From Candidatus Tectimicrobiota bacterium (GTDB lineage: Bacteria; JACPUC01): a stretch of 64,000 nt of DNA. Positions 9,336-18,840 of this stretch are shown piece by piece. A program made the position numbers and the translations under genes. The first letter of the stretch is position 1; each line of letters starts with the position of its first letter. Below the pieces are notes generated by a model. It was not told the DNA's origin. It did no database searches and saw only the letters and a list, made by a program, of their open reading frames with translations. The stretch is from positions 62,001 through 126,000 of the forward strand of contig JACPUC010000008.1 in assembly GCA_016192455.1 (NCBI GenBank). The letters run 5' to 3'.

Positions 9336-11264
9336 ATGCAGAACCAGCTCCTCATCCTCGGCATCGACTCGATCGTCCCCCCCATGCTGAAGCAGCTCGT
9401 CGCGGCGGGTCGCCTGCCGAACTTCCGGCGCGCCTTCGCGGAGGGATACTCCAGCGACGTCATCCCGACCTTTCCCCCCTGGACGCCCCCCGGCTGGGCC
9501 ACCGTCGGCACCGGCGCCTGGCCCAGCACGCACGGCATCGAAGGCTTCACGCTGCACTTCCCGGGCGAGCCGCTGGACCTCGAGCACCCCCCCTTCCATA
9601 GCCATCTCTGCCGCGCCGAGTACCTCTGGGAGGCGGCGGCGCGCGCCGGCCGGCGCGCCATCGTGGTGAAGTTCCCCGGCACCTGGCCGCCGCGGTCCGC
9701 CGGCGTGGTGCAGGTGGGCGGAGCGGGAGGCTACGCCCGCGACATCAACCCGAACGACATCAGCCACGCCGCTTGCTACACAACGCGCGGCGATCTGCCC
9801 GGCGCCATCCGGGTAAGCCTCGAGCCGGCGACGAGCTGGGAAGAGCCGCCCCCCAGCCACTTGCCGCCGCTGGAAACGATCTTCGTCGTGGCTCCCTGTC
9901 GAGCGGGTCGGCCCAGGCTCTACCACGGCCTCATCTACGCCGCCGCGGGAGCGGCCTACGACCGCCTCCTGGTGGCCCGCCGCCGCCATGCGCGCGAGGC
10001 GCTGACCATCCTGGCGCCCGGAGCCTGGAGCCGCTGGCTCGAAGACGAGTTCGCCCTGCGGGAGGGCGCGGTAACCGGCGTCTTTCGCCTGAAGCTCCTC
10101 GAGCTGGCACCGGACGGCTCAGGCTTGCAGCTCTTCATGACCCAGAACCACCCCAAGGAGGGGTACACGCAGCCGCCGGAGCTCGCCGCCGAGCTGAACG
10201 CGGCGGTCGGCCCGTTCGCCGAGAACATCTCGATCCGCCACCGCCTGCGGGGCTGGATTGACGATGCCACCCTCCTGGAGCTGTGGGAGGAGCATACGGC
10301 CTGGCTCGAGCGCACCATCCTGCACCTCGGCCGCACGCATGCGTGGGACCTCCTCTGCACCCAGTGGCACCCCATTGATTTCATCCTGCACGGTTTCAGC
10401 GGCGGCATCGACCCGCAGCATCCGGACTACGATCCCCTGCGGGAGCCGTACTACCGCGAACTCATCGCCCGCACCCACGTGCTGGCCGATCGCCTCGTGG
10501 GCTGCGCGTTCGAACTCATGGAGGACCACCCCGGCCTCCTCGTCGGCATCATGGGGGATCACGGGCATGGCTTCCACCGCCAAACCGTGCATCTCAACAA
10601 CCTGCTCGTGCACCATGGGCTGTTGCACGTCGAGCCCGTCCCCCAGGAGGGTCGCTTCCGCGTCGACTGGTCGAAGAGCCGGGCCTACGCCATGAGCGCC
10701 TGCCATATCTTCCTGAACGTCAAGGGCCGCGAGCCGGAGGGTATCGTCGAGCCGGGCGGGGAGTACGAGGAGCTGCGCCAGCGCATCAGCACCCTGCTCA
10801 AGGACCTGCGCGACCCGGCGGCCGGGCGCCCCATCGTGGACGCGGTGTTCCGCCGGGAGGAGATGAGGCCCTGGGGCCTCTACGGTGATGGGGTGGGGGA
10901 CCTCATCTACTGCCTCCACGACGGCTACGACAGCGGCGCCATTGCGCGCTCGCTCGTGGCGGGCGATCCGGGGGTTACCGAGGACCTCGCCCTCCTGCGC
11001 CCCACCCGTCTCCTCCAGGGGTTCACCGGCGAGCATCCCGCCTTCCTTCCGTACGAGGAGCACCTGCGCACCTCGCTCCTCATCGTCGGCGCCGGTGTGC
11101 GCCGCGGGTACGCGCGCCGCATTCCCATCCAGATGGTGGATATCGCGCCGACCCTCGCCTACCTGGCGGGCCTGCCGCTGCCAGCGCAAGCCGAGGGCTC
11201 GATCCTCACCGACGTCTCCCTCAACCATGGCGGCATGGCGATCCTTGGAACCAATAATGCTTGA
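9336..11264 (+). CDS. Alkaline phosphatase superfamily / type I phosphodiesterase-nucleotide pyrophosphatase
   Basis: ILGIDS, PPWTPPGWAT nucleophile region, MGDHGH, VDIAPTL. Confidence 0.85.
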   Translation: MQNQLLILGIDSIVPPMLKQLVAAGRLPNFRRAFAEGYSSDVIPTFPPWTPPGWATVGTGAWPSTHGIEGFTLHFPGEPLDLEHPPFHSHLCRAEYLWEAAARAGRRAIVVKFPGTWPPRSAGVVQVGGAGGYARDINPNDISHAACYTTRGDLPGAIRVSLEPATSWEEPPPSHLPPLETIFVVAPCRAGRPRLYHGLIYAAAGAAYDRLLVARRRHAREALTILAPGAWSRWLEDEFALREGAVTGVFRLKLLELAPDGSGLQLFMTQNHPKEGYTQPPELAAELNAAVGPFAENISIRHRLRGWIDDATLLELWEEHTAWLERTILHLGRTHAWDLLCTQWHPIDFILHGFSGGIDPQHPDYDPLREPYYRELIARTHVLADRLVGCAFELMEDHPGLLVGIMGDHGHGFHRQTVHLNNLLVHHGLLHVEPVPQEGRFRVDWSKSRAYAMSACHIFLNVKGREPEGIVEPGGEYEELRQRISTLLKDLRDPAAGRPIVDAVFRREEMRPWGLYGDGVGDLIYCLHDGYDSGAIARSLVAGDPGVTEDLALLRPTRLLQGFTGEHPAFLPYEEHLRTSLLIVGAGVRRGYARRIPIQMVDIAPTLAYLAGLPLPAQAEGSILTDVSLNHGGMAILGTNNA

Positions 11265-11985
11265 AGCGGTGATCTTCGACTTCAACGGCGTCATCATCGA
11301 CGACGAGGGGGTGCACTGCGAGCTCTTCCAGGAGCTGCTCGCCGAGCGCGGCTTCACGCTCAGCCGCCAGGAGTACGACGAGCGCTACCTTGCCTATGAT
11401 GATGCGGCCTGCTTCCGGCGCATGTTCGCCGATCGCGGGCGTTCCCTCTCGGAGGCCGAGCTGCGGGAGCTGCTCGCCAGGAAGTCACGACGCTACCACA
11501 CGCGCCTCGGCTCGGGGATGGTGATCTTCCCCGGCGCCGTCGAGCTCGTGCGCCGCTGCGCCGAGGTCTACCCCCTGGCGCTCGGCTCGGGGGCGCGGCG
11601 GGACGAGATCGAAGCGGTCTTGAAGCACCTGTCGCTGCTCGCCTGCTTCACCTGCATCGTCAGCGCCGATGAGGTCGCCGAGAGCAAGCCCCAGCCGGAG
11701 ACCTATACGACCGCCCTGCGCCTCCTCAATGCCGCGCGGGGGGCGCGCGAGTCCTCCATTCCCCCGTCGCACTGCCTCGTCATCGAGGACACGCCGGGAG
11801 GCGTCGCGGCGGCCCGCGCCGCCGGCATGCGCTGCCTGGCGGTCACCCACTCCGTGCCCGCTGCGCACCTGCGCGCGGCGGACGCCGTGGTGGAGACCCT
11901 GCGCGGACTCGACCTCGCCCTCCTGCGCGTCGTGGGGCAGGCGGGCTCCGTGCCGCCTGGGGCGTGGAGCCTGAGCGACGAATGA
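11257..11985 (+). CDS. HAD-family phosphatase (beta-phosphoglucomutase-like)
   Basis: FDFNGVIID, KPQPETY, VIEDTPGGVAAARAAGM; overlaps upstream stop. Confidence 0.9.
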   Translation: MLEAVIFDFNGVIIDDEGVHCELFQELLAERGFTLSRQEYDERYLAYDDAACFRRMFADRGRSLSEAELRELLARKSRRYHTRLGSGMVIFPGAVELVRRCAEVYPLALGSGARRDEIEAVLKHLSLLACFTCIVSADEVAESKPQPETYTTALRLLNAARGARESSIPPSHCLVIEDTPGGVAAARAAGMRCLAVTHSVPAAHLRAADAVVETLRGLDLALLRVVGQAGSVPPGAWSLSDE

Positions 11986-12073
11986 GAAAAGCCATACCGG
12001 TAACGGCATGGCTTCCCCCGGGCCTCACGCGCTGGCGCGGCCCCCTTTATCTATGCTCACCTCCCGCGTGACC

Positions 12074-12514
12074 TTACGCGACCGCCTTCGACGGCTGGCG
12101 ACTCGTCGCGGTGGCGGGTCGCCGCGCCGCCGCGCCGCGCAGAGTGGTGTCCAAAATGCGGCCCTGGAACTGAATCGGCGGCTCCTGGACGCTGAGGTAC
12201 TCCAGGCCTTTCTCGCTTGCCTCGAGGCAATGCCAGGTGCGCGCTGGAATGTTGATGAGGTCGTCTGGGTAGACCATCACCTCTTTGCGCCGCTCGCTGT
12301 GGATGAGCTTCCCCTCGCCGCGCAGGATGAAGAGCAGCGACTCCGACTCCTCATGCCGATGCTCCTTCAAGCGTCCGAGCGGCGGCAGCGTCACCTGCAT
12401 GACCCCGATGCGGCCGCGAAAGGCCGTGTTGTGTCCGCAGAGCTTCACCTTCGCACCCAGCTTCCTGCGCGCTGGAATATCTCGTAAGTTCTTGACACGC
12501 AATGTCCTTGCCAC
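12074..12514 (-). CDS. Cupin domain protein
   Basis: HRHEESESLLFILRGEG and INIPARTWH cupin motifs. Confidence 0.85.
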   Translation of the reverse strand: MARTLRVKNLRDIPARRKLGAKVKLCGHNTAFRGRIGVMQVTLPPLGRLKEHRHEESESLLFILRGEGKLIHSERRKEVMVYPDDLINIPARTWHCLEASEKGLEYLSVQEPPIQFQGRILDTTLRGAAARRPATATSRQPSKAVA

Positions 12515-12970
12515 TTCCCATCACCTCGCTTTCCCGACATCTCTCCATATATAAAAATATGGTTCTTTCCTCTCCAAACACAAGGCAGAGGAAGCCGCAT
12601 TCCCGCAGGCATCCACTTCCTGAAGTGCGCCTTCCACTTCCGCAATCGCCCTTGTCGGCCCACCCTGCCCGGGGGAAGGGGCAGGAGCTTGTCGCCGCGC
12701 CGGAGGCTCTGCCGGCTGCCCAGCCGCGGGAGGCTCCCCGGGGGATCGTAAGCCCTTGACCCGCAAGGCAGGAAGCTCCTATCGTGGGGATTTCCCGCCG
12801 CTGTCGAGGAAACAAGGGGTCTGCCCGCGGATCGACTTGGAGAGGGAACTCTTCCCCCCGGCGCCGACTCGGATCGGGCCAGAGGGCATGCGCAGCCCCG
12901 CCTGGCGGCCGCAGGAGCAACCGCAGGTCCGCCCTCAACCGTAGCCGCTCTCACGCAACGAGGTGCTGGT

Positions 12971-13504
12971 ATGCCGCAACAACATCGTGCCCCATGTGCT
13001 GCTGACGCTGCGCCGGGGAGACTCCGGCGACTCACCGTCGCCGCGCTCTTCGGCGCCTGCCTTCTGCTTGGCGCTCCCGTCGCCGCCCCAGCCCAAGCGC
13101 CGGGGGCAGGCCAGCCGAACGCCCGCGAGGTGGTGACGCGCTTGCACCAGCGCTGGGTGCAGGCGGTCGAGCGCGAGAACCTCGGCGAACTGGCGAACCT
13201 CTACCTGCAGGATGAGTCGTTGCGCCAGATCACCGCCCGCCTGGCGCTCCGTGTGGAGGGCTGGGAGGCGGTGCGGCGCAGCTTCGACCGCCTCTTCGCG
13301 GCCACGACGACGCTGCAGCTCGACGTCTTTCACCGCGACGTGGTGATCATGGGTGCCACCGGCCTTGTTTCTGCTTATATTGCAGTGACAGCCGCGGTCG
13401 GGCAGGAGACGCAGCGCTACCTGTTGCGGCAGACGCAGGTCTACCACCAGCTCGCCCAGGGCTGGCGCATGGTGCACGAGCACCTCTCCGAAGCGAGCGA
13501 CTGA
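12971..13504 (+). CDS. Exported NTF2/SnoaL-like protein
   Basis: Signal-peptide-like N-terminus; GWEAVRR, GWRMVHEHLS end. Confidence 0.75.
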   Translation: MPQQHRAPCAADAAPGRLRRLTVAALFGACLLLGAPVAAPAQAPGAGQPNAREVVTRLHQRWVQAVERENLGELANLYLQDESLRQITARLALRVEGWEAVRRSFDRLFAATTTLQLDVFHRDVVIMGATGLVSAYIAVTAAVGQETQRYLLRQTQVYHQLAQGWRMVHEHLSEASD

Positions 13505-13576
13505 GCGGACCTGGGAGCGGCGACGGCATCTGGGTTCCTTGCGAACCATGGGCAGGACGCCGGTGGAGAGAGAACG

Positions 13577-14089
13577 ATGAATGTCCAGGAGTGCATCCGC
13601 AAGCGCCGGGCCATCCGCGAGTTCCTCGACAAGGCGGTGCCCGACGAGGTGATCCTGAAGATTCTCCATGCCGGGCGGCTGGCGCCCAGCCAGCGGAATC
13701 GCCAGCCGTGGCACTTCATCGTCGTGAAGAACCGCGAGACGCTGCGGCGCCTTGCCGAGGCGGCCCCTTACGGGGGCTACATCGCCGGCGCGCCGCTGGC
13801 CATCGCGGTGGTGCTGCAGAACGCCAAGATGCCGCAGTTCGACAGCGGCCGCTGCATCGAGAACATGCTCCTGGCGGCCTGGGAGGAAGGCGTCGGCACC
13901 TGCTTCAACAGCGGCTTCGATCAGGAGAAGGTGAAGGCGGCGCTCCACATCCCCCCCGAGATGGAGGTGGCCGCCATCATGCCCTACGGTTACCCGAAGG
14001 AGCCGACCACGAAACGCAGGAAGGATCGCAAGCCGCTGGCGGAGATCGCCCACCTTGAAACCTTTGGGACGCCGTTGCCGGGAGCCTGA
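13577..14089 (+). CDS. Nitroreductase family protein
   Basis: RRAIREF, APSQRNRQPWHFIVV, NMLLAAWEEGVGTC. Confidence 0.92.
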   Translation: MNVQECIRKRRAIREFLDKAVPDEVILKILHAGRLAPSQRNRQPWHFIVVKNRETLRRLAEAAPYGGYIAGAPLAIAVVLQNAKMPQFDSGRCIENMLLAAWEEGVGTCFNSGFDQEKVKAALHIPPEMEVAAIMPYGYPKEPTTKRRKDRKPLAEIAHLETFGTPLPGA

Positions 14090-14261
14090 GCTGCGGCGGG
14101 CGCCGGCGCGTATCAACCGTTCACGCCGGCCCAGGCAGGCGTGATGGGACGAGGTTGCGGGAGTCGGCCGGCGGCTACGGGCGGGGTGGCTGCATCCCGC
14201 CGCGGCAGCGCACGCGCCGCCGGCCGGCGAGGCGAGGGGTGGGGCAGGAGGCTGCGGCACG

Positions 14262-15116
14262 ATGCGACTGGCAACCTTTAACGACCACCGGCTGGGCGTG
14301 GTACGGGACGGCACGATCGTCGATGTGACGGAGGCGCTCGGCAACCGTCAGGTCCTCTTTCCGCTCACCGCCATGCACCATGTCATCTACGACTACGAGG
14401 AGCTGGCGCCCCAGCTCCGGGCGCGCGCCGAGGCGGGCCCCGCCCAGCCCCTCGGCGACGTGCGGCTCATGGCGCCGCTGCCGCACCCAACGAAGATCGT
14501 CGCCGTGGGGTTGAACTACAAAGCCCACTCCATCGAGATGGGGTATGGTCCGAAGCCCGCGCCGGAGCCGGAGATTTTCCTGAAATCGCCCGGCTCGGTG
14601 ATCGGCCCTGGCGGCAGCATCCAGCTTCCCGACATGCCGGGGCGGGTCTTCCACCACGAGTGCGAGCTGGCCTTCGTGGTGAGGAGCCGACTCGACTCCT
14701 GCCCAGCCAGCCAAGCCATGGACGCCATCTTCGGCTACACCATGCTCATCGACGTGACGGTGCGCGGCCAGGGAGACCGCTGCTTCCGCAAGTCGATGAA
14801 GGGGTTCACCCCCATCGGACCGTGGATCGTCACCGCCGATGAGGTCCCCAACCCGGAGAACCTCGACATCAAGCTCTGGGTGAATGATGAGCTGCGCCAG
14901 CACGCCAACACCAACGACCTCATCTGGTCCATCCCCGAGGTCATCGAGTACACCAGCCGGCACATGATCCTGACGCCAGGGGACGTCTTCACCACCGGCA
15001 CACCGGCGGGCGTGGGGCCGCTGGCGCCCGGCGACGTCGTGCGCATCGAGATCGAGTCGATCGGCAGCATGACCGTGAGCGTGACGAGCTCCGCCGCCGG
15101 TCCTGCTGCGGCGTAG
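14262..15116 (+). CDS. Fumarylacetoacetate hydrolase family protein
   Basis: AVGLNYKAH, HHECEL, PIGPWIVT, GDVFTTGTPAGVG. Confidence 0.92.
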   Translation: MRLATFNDHRLGVVRDGTIVDVTEALGNRQVLFPLTAMHHVIYDYEELAPQLRARAEAGPAQPLGDVRLMAPLPHPTKIVAVGLNYKAHSIEMGYGPKPAPEPEIFLKSPGSVIGPGGSIQLPDMPGRVFHHECELAFVVRSRLDSCPASQAMDAIFGYTMLIDVTVRGQGDRCFRKSMKGFTPIGPWIVTADEVPNPENLDIKLWVNDELRQHANTNDLIWSIPEVIEYTSRHMILTPGDVFTTGTPAGVGPLAPGDVVRIEIESIGSMTVSVTSSAAGPAAA

Positions 15117-15215
15117 GGGCGAACGGTTCAGCCGGCGGTGATGAGGTAAGACGACGGCCGGACGTGCCCGACCAGCGCGCCGGCTCCGTCGCGGCGAGGG
15201 ACGAAACGGGGGAGA

Positions 15216-16390
15216 TGATGCGTCACGACACCAAGCCGTTCCCAAGCTTCAAGGACATGATGAACGACGTGGTGGACTACGGGAGCTGCTGCGAATGCGG
15301 GTCCTGCGTGGTCGTCTGCCCCTACGACGTCATCCACTACATCGACGGCAAGCCGAAGCAGGTGGCCAAGCCGGACGCCGCCTTCGACTACTGCGCCGTC
15401 AGCGAAGGCATCGGCTGCGACGTCTGCGCCTCCGTCTGCCCGCGTCTCACCCCGCGCGAGGGCGACCTCTACGACCGCGTCTTCGGCGGCGACCGCCCAT
15501 TCAGCGAGAACTTCGGCGTCTACCGCAGCATCTTCGCGGCGCGCTGCAAGGACGAGCGCGTGCTCCAGGGCGCCCAGGACGGCGGGGTGGTGACGGCGAT
15601 CCTGGCCTGGGCGCTGCGCCAGGGGTTCATCGAGGGCGCTGTGGTCTCGGCCCTCGACGGCGGCAAGCTCTGCCAGCCGGTCCCCAAGGTGGTGACGACG
15701 GAGGAGGAGCTGATCGCCTCGGCGGGCTCCTGGTACACCTACTGCCCGAACAACCTCGCCCTGCGCCAGGCGCGCGAACAAGGGTTGAGCAAGGTGGCCT
15801 TCGTCGGCACGCCCTGCCAGATCACGCCGCTGCGCAAGATGCAGTACATGGACGACGCCCACCTCGAGGGACCGAAAAAGAAGGCCAAGAACATCGAGCG
15901 CCAGAAGGATCACCTGCACGGCTTCGCCACCAATGTCGTCTTCAGCATCGGCCTGCTGTGCTCCGAGGTCTTTACCTACGAGGGCCTGATGGAGCAGAAG
16001 ATCGAGCAGGAGATGGGCATCCCCCTGAGCGAGGTGGAGAAGTTCAACGTCAAGGGGAAGGTGCTGATCTACAAGAAGGACCGCGAGGTCGTGGAGCTGA
16101 ACCTGAAGGAGGCGCAGCAGCACGCCCGGCCCGAGTGCCACCACTGCGGCGACTTCTCGGCGGAGCTGGCCGACATAAGCTGCGGCGGCGTCGGCGCCAT
16201 GGGCTGGACGATCACCATCGCCCGCACCAAGAAGGGCGAAGAAATCCTCACCCGCCTCATCGAGCAGGGGGTTATCGAGACGCGGCCCATCGAGGAGTTC
16301 GAGCGCTCCTGGAAAATCCTCAAGCGCCTCACCCGCCTCCAGCGCGAGCGCGTGCCCGTGCCGCCGTGGCTGGGCGGGGATGGGGACTAA
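15216..16390 (+). CDS. Coenzyme F420 hydrogenase/dehydrogenase beta-subunit (FrhB/FdhB)-like protein with N-terminal 2x[4Fe-4S] domain
   Basis: CCECGSCVVVCP and CDVCASVCP; AQDGGVVT, GTPCQ, IGLLC, CHHCGDFSAELADISCG. Confidence 0.88.
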
Positions 16391-16419
16391 ACGAGAATAG
16401 TCAGCCTGGGAGCCTTCTC

Positions 16420-17148
16420 GTGGAAGAGTTCGACGACCTTGTTGAATCAGATCAGGAAAAGTTAGGGCGACAGTTAGCGACGCACCCACTGCTTCGCGAG
16501 TTGCTTAATAAACTCTTTAAGTTTAATCGCAAGGTAATCGAGAGTGAACAATTCCGTATAAGGAGTAGAATTGCATCTTCTCTCTTACATTTGTCTAATC
16601 GACTGTTTTTTCGAGGCTACATCCATATCCTTCAATTTCATGATATTGAAGCAATGAGCTTATTTCGATCTGCTCTCGAAACTGCGGCCTATAGCTATAC
16701 GCTCGGCAAGAATCATAATTTAATCCCAATATATCTTAAACGCAACAAGGATCCGAAGGCATTTAACAAAGCTTTTCGTGACGGTGGGATAAAGAAAAAG
16801 TTGTTTTCTAAACATCCTGTCCTTGAGAGTCTTTATGACGAGTATTACGACAAGTTTAGTATTTATGCGGCACACCCGAATCCTGAAGTCCTTACTGCCT
16901 TGGTGGAGATTATTGAGCAACCTGATGGTCTACAACCTAGATACCACTGGTATATCAAAACAATAGAGCAAAATCCGAAATCTTTTGTTCGCATATTTGT
17001 TCTCGGGTTCTTCCTTCAACTACGCACTCTGGAAATTTTCTTTGAATTTCTCCCTTCTGAGTTCATGCAGGAAGAATGGGAAAGTATCGTTGAGAACTTT
17101 CAAACTGCTATGCAAGAGTATGGCTTCATCAAGAATCTCAATGCGTAG
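16420..17148 (+). CDS. AT-rich hypothetical protein, possibly DUF5677-like
   Basis: Tail of track ORF 15295..17148 from GTG 16420; abrupt AT-rich composition; FRSALE and YDKFS...HP motifs. Confidence 0.65.
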   Translation: MEEFDDLVESDQEKLGRQLATHPLLRELLNKLFKFNRKVIESEQFRIRSRIASSLLHLSNRLFFRGYIHILQFHDIEAMSLFRSALETAAYSYTLGKNHNLIPIYLKRNKDPKAFNKAFRDGGIKKKLFSKHPVLESLYDEYYDKFSIYAAHPNPEVLTALVEIIEQPDGLQPRYHWYIKTIEQNPKSFVRIFVLGFFLQLRTLEIFFEFLPSEFMQEEWESIVENFQTAMQEYGFIKNLNA

Positions 17149-17209
17149 TGTTCCGTCACATACATTCTTCAGTAAAAAGGCAGGAGCTTTTTTCAATCTA
17201 AGCAGCTTT

Positions 17210-17306
17210 TCTGCGAGGGAGCATTGCCCCCTCGCGCACCCCAATTACGCGAGCTGCTCCGCAGCTCGCGCTGTGCGGGGGCGTGGGGGAGCGGTTGCTC
17301 CCCCAC
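17210..17306 (+). repeat. Multi-hairpin intergenic repeat, copy 2
   Basis: Three hairpins: GCGAGGG..CCCTCGC; CGCGAGCTGC-TCC-GCAGCTCGCG; GTGGGGGAGC-GGTT-GCTCCCCCAC. Confidence 0.78.
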
Positions 17307-17332
17307 AAAAAAGTCCTAACTGATACTTCCCC

Positions 17333-18352
17333 CTACCCCTTCCCCATCACCTCCTCCCCGAACAGCCGCAGCGCCGCCAGTGATTCCTCCATCGGCATGC
17401 CGGGCCAGTGCAGGCGGAAGATGAAGTGGTTGACGCCGAGGCGCTGCTGGTACTCGGCGATCTTGTCGCGGCAGAAGGCGGCGTCGCCGATGATGAAGCG
17501 GTCCTCGATCATGGCCTCGAAACCGGCGTTGAAGCGCTCCTCCTCGTCCATCACCTCATCCTGTCCCCAGGCCTGGTAGGCGGCGTACTTGCCTTCGAGG
17601 TAGGGGCGGCAGGCGTCGATGGCGGCTTGCCGAGTGGGCGCCACGAAGAGCTCCCGCATGATCGGCAGCTCCTCCGGCTCGAACTTGCCGCAGCTCTCCA
17701 GCTCGTCGCGGTAGACCGCAAGCTGGTCCTCGAGGGCGGCAAGGCTGGCGTGCGGGTTGATGAGCCAGGCGTCGGCCAGGCGGGCGGCGCGGCGGATGCC
17801 GGCCAGGGAGTTGGCGCCGATCCAGAGCGGCGGGTGCGGCTGCTGGACGGGAGGGACGCTGATCGACACCCCCTCGCAGGTGAAGTGGCGTCCCTGGAAC
17901 TTCACGTCGCGCTGCGTCCACAGCGCCGGCAGCAGTTCGAGCGCCTCCTCGAAGCGTCCCAGCCGCTGGCGGCGCGTCATCCCGAAGGCGGCCAGCTCCT
18001 CGGCGCGATAGCCCAGCCCCACGCCGATGACAAGGCGGTTGCCGTCCGCGGCGCAGAGGGCGTCGAGGCTCGCCGTCTCCTCCGCCAGCGCCACCGGGTG
18101 GTGGAAGGCGAGGAGAAGGACGCCGGCGCCCAGCGTCATGCCCTGGACTTGGCCGGAGAGGCGCGCCAGCAGCGGCAGGGGTTGGAACATCTGGTACGGG
18201 GCGGTGACGAAATGCTGGACGGCCCAGAGGGAGTGGTAGCCGGCGCCGGCGGCGGCCGCGGCGAAGGCGACAATCTCACGCACGAGGGCCGCCGCGCCCC
18301 CTTGCAGGGGCTGCACGGGATGCTGCACTGGGAGCACGAGACCGAATCGCAT
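17333..18352 (-). CDS. LLM-class (luciferase-like) flavin-dependent oxidoreductase
   Basis: MRFGLVLP, HPVALAEE, GVGLGYRAEE, PVQQPHPPLWIGA, RRAARLAD. Confidence 0.9.
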   Translation of the reverse strand: MRFGLVLPVQHPVQPLQGGAAALVREIVAFAAAAAGAGYHSLWAVQHFVTAPYQMFQPLPLLARLSGQVQGMTLGAGVLLLAFHHPVALAEETASLDALCAADGNRLVIGVGLGYRAEELAAFGMTRRQRLGRFEEALELLPALWTQRDVKFQGRHFTCEGVSISVPPVQQPHPPLWIGANSLAGIRRAARLADAWLINPHASLAALEDQLAVYRDELESCGKFEPEELPIMRELFVAPTRQAAIDACRPYLEGKYAAYQAWGQDEVMDEEERFNAGFEAMIEDRFIIGDAAFCRDKIAEYQQRLGVNHFIFRLHWPGMPMEESLAALRLFGEEVMGKG

Positions 18353-18444
18353 CCCACCTCCGGAGGTGAAGGGCGCGGCGACCGCCAGCTACCGAGCGCC
18401 ACACGCATCCCCCCACAGCGTCGCTGGCGGACTCGCAACGAGCG

Positions 18445-18600
18445 CTACTCGCGGATTTCCGGGCTGTCGCTATCGAGGAAGCGGTGGCGGCATTTCGGGC
18501 ACATGAGCTTGATCGAGCTGTGGCGAAGCTGGTTGTCGCAGTAGAACTTCTCGCCGCACCGCGGGCACGTCACCCAAAAAATATCCTCGCGAACCGGCAT
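18445..18600 (-). CDS. Small zinc-ribbon protein (51 aa)
   Basis: Below track cutoff. MPVREDIFWVTCPRCGEKFYCDNQLRHSSIKLMCPKCRHRFLDSDSPEIRE; RBS GAGGTG just upstream; two CxxC pairs. Confidence 0.8.
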   Translation of the reverse strand: MPVREDIFWVTCPRCGEKFYCDNQLRHSSIKLMCPKCRHRFLDSDSPEIRE

Positions 18601-18681
18601 GGCTCACCTCGCTTCATGTCGCGTCCTAGAATCAGCCCGGAAACCCCGGTGCATGAGAAGGGGTGCTGAAAAGAGGTAGTT

Positions 18682-18790
18682 GGTGGGGGATTCTTAATCC
18701 CCCACACCCCCTCTCGCCGCGAGCTGTAGGGGCGGTTCGCGAACCGCCCGTAAGATCATGGGTGCGCGAGGGGACAAGGTTCCCTCGCCT
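18682..18790 (-). repeat. Multi-hairpin intergenic repeat, copy 3 (inverted), containing a GTAG-type REP-like palindrome
   Basis: Reverse complement GCGAGGGAACCTTGTCCCCTCGCGCACCC...CAGCTCGCG...GTGGGGGATTAAGAATCCCCCAC; internal GTAGGGGCGGTTCGCGAACCGCCC. Confidence 0.72.
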
Positions 18791-18840
18791 GCTTCCCTCT
18801 TGCGAACGGCCGCGCACACCCGCCCGCGGCCCACCGCCGC

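Noticed and set aside
15295-16419. N-terminal part of the 617-aa ORF, suggesting a fusion or overlapping gene
   Set aside because: Off-frame overlap of the FrhB-like gene with Arg/Pro-rich nonsense; only the AT-rich tail from 16420 looks coding.
17200-17325. Repeat next to the AT-rich gene as an integron attC site
   Set aside because: No RYYYAAC...GTTRRRY box pair bounding a single long hairpin, and no integrase.
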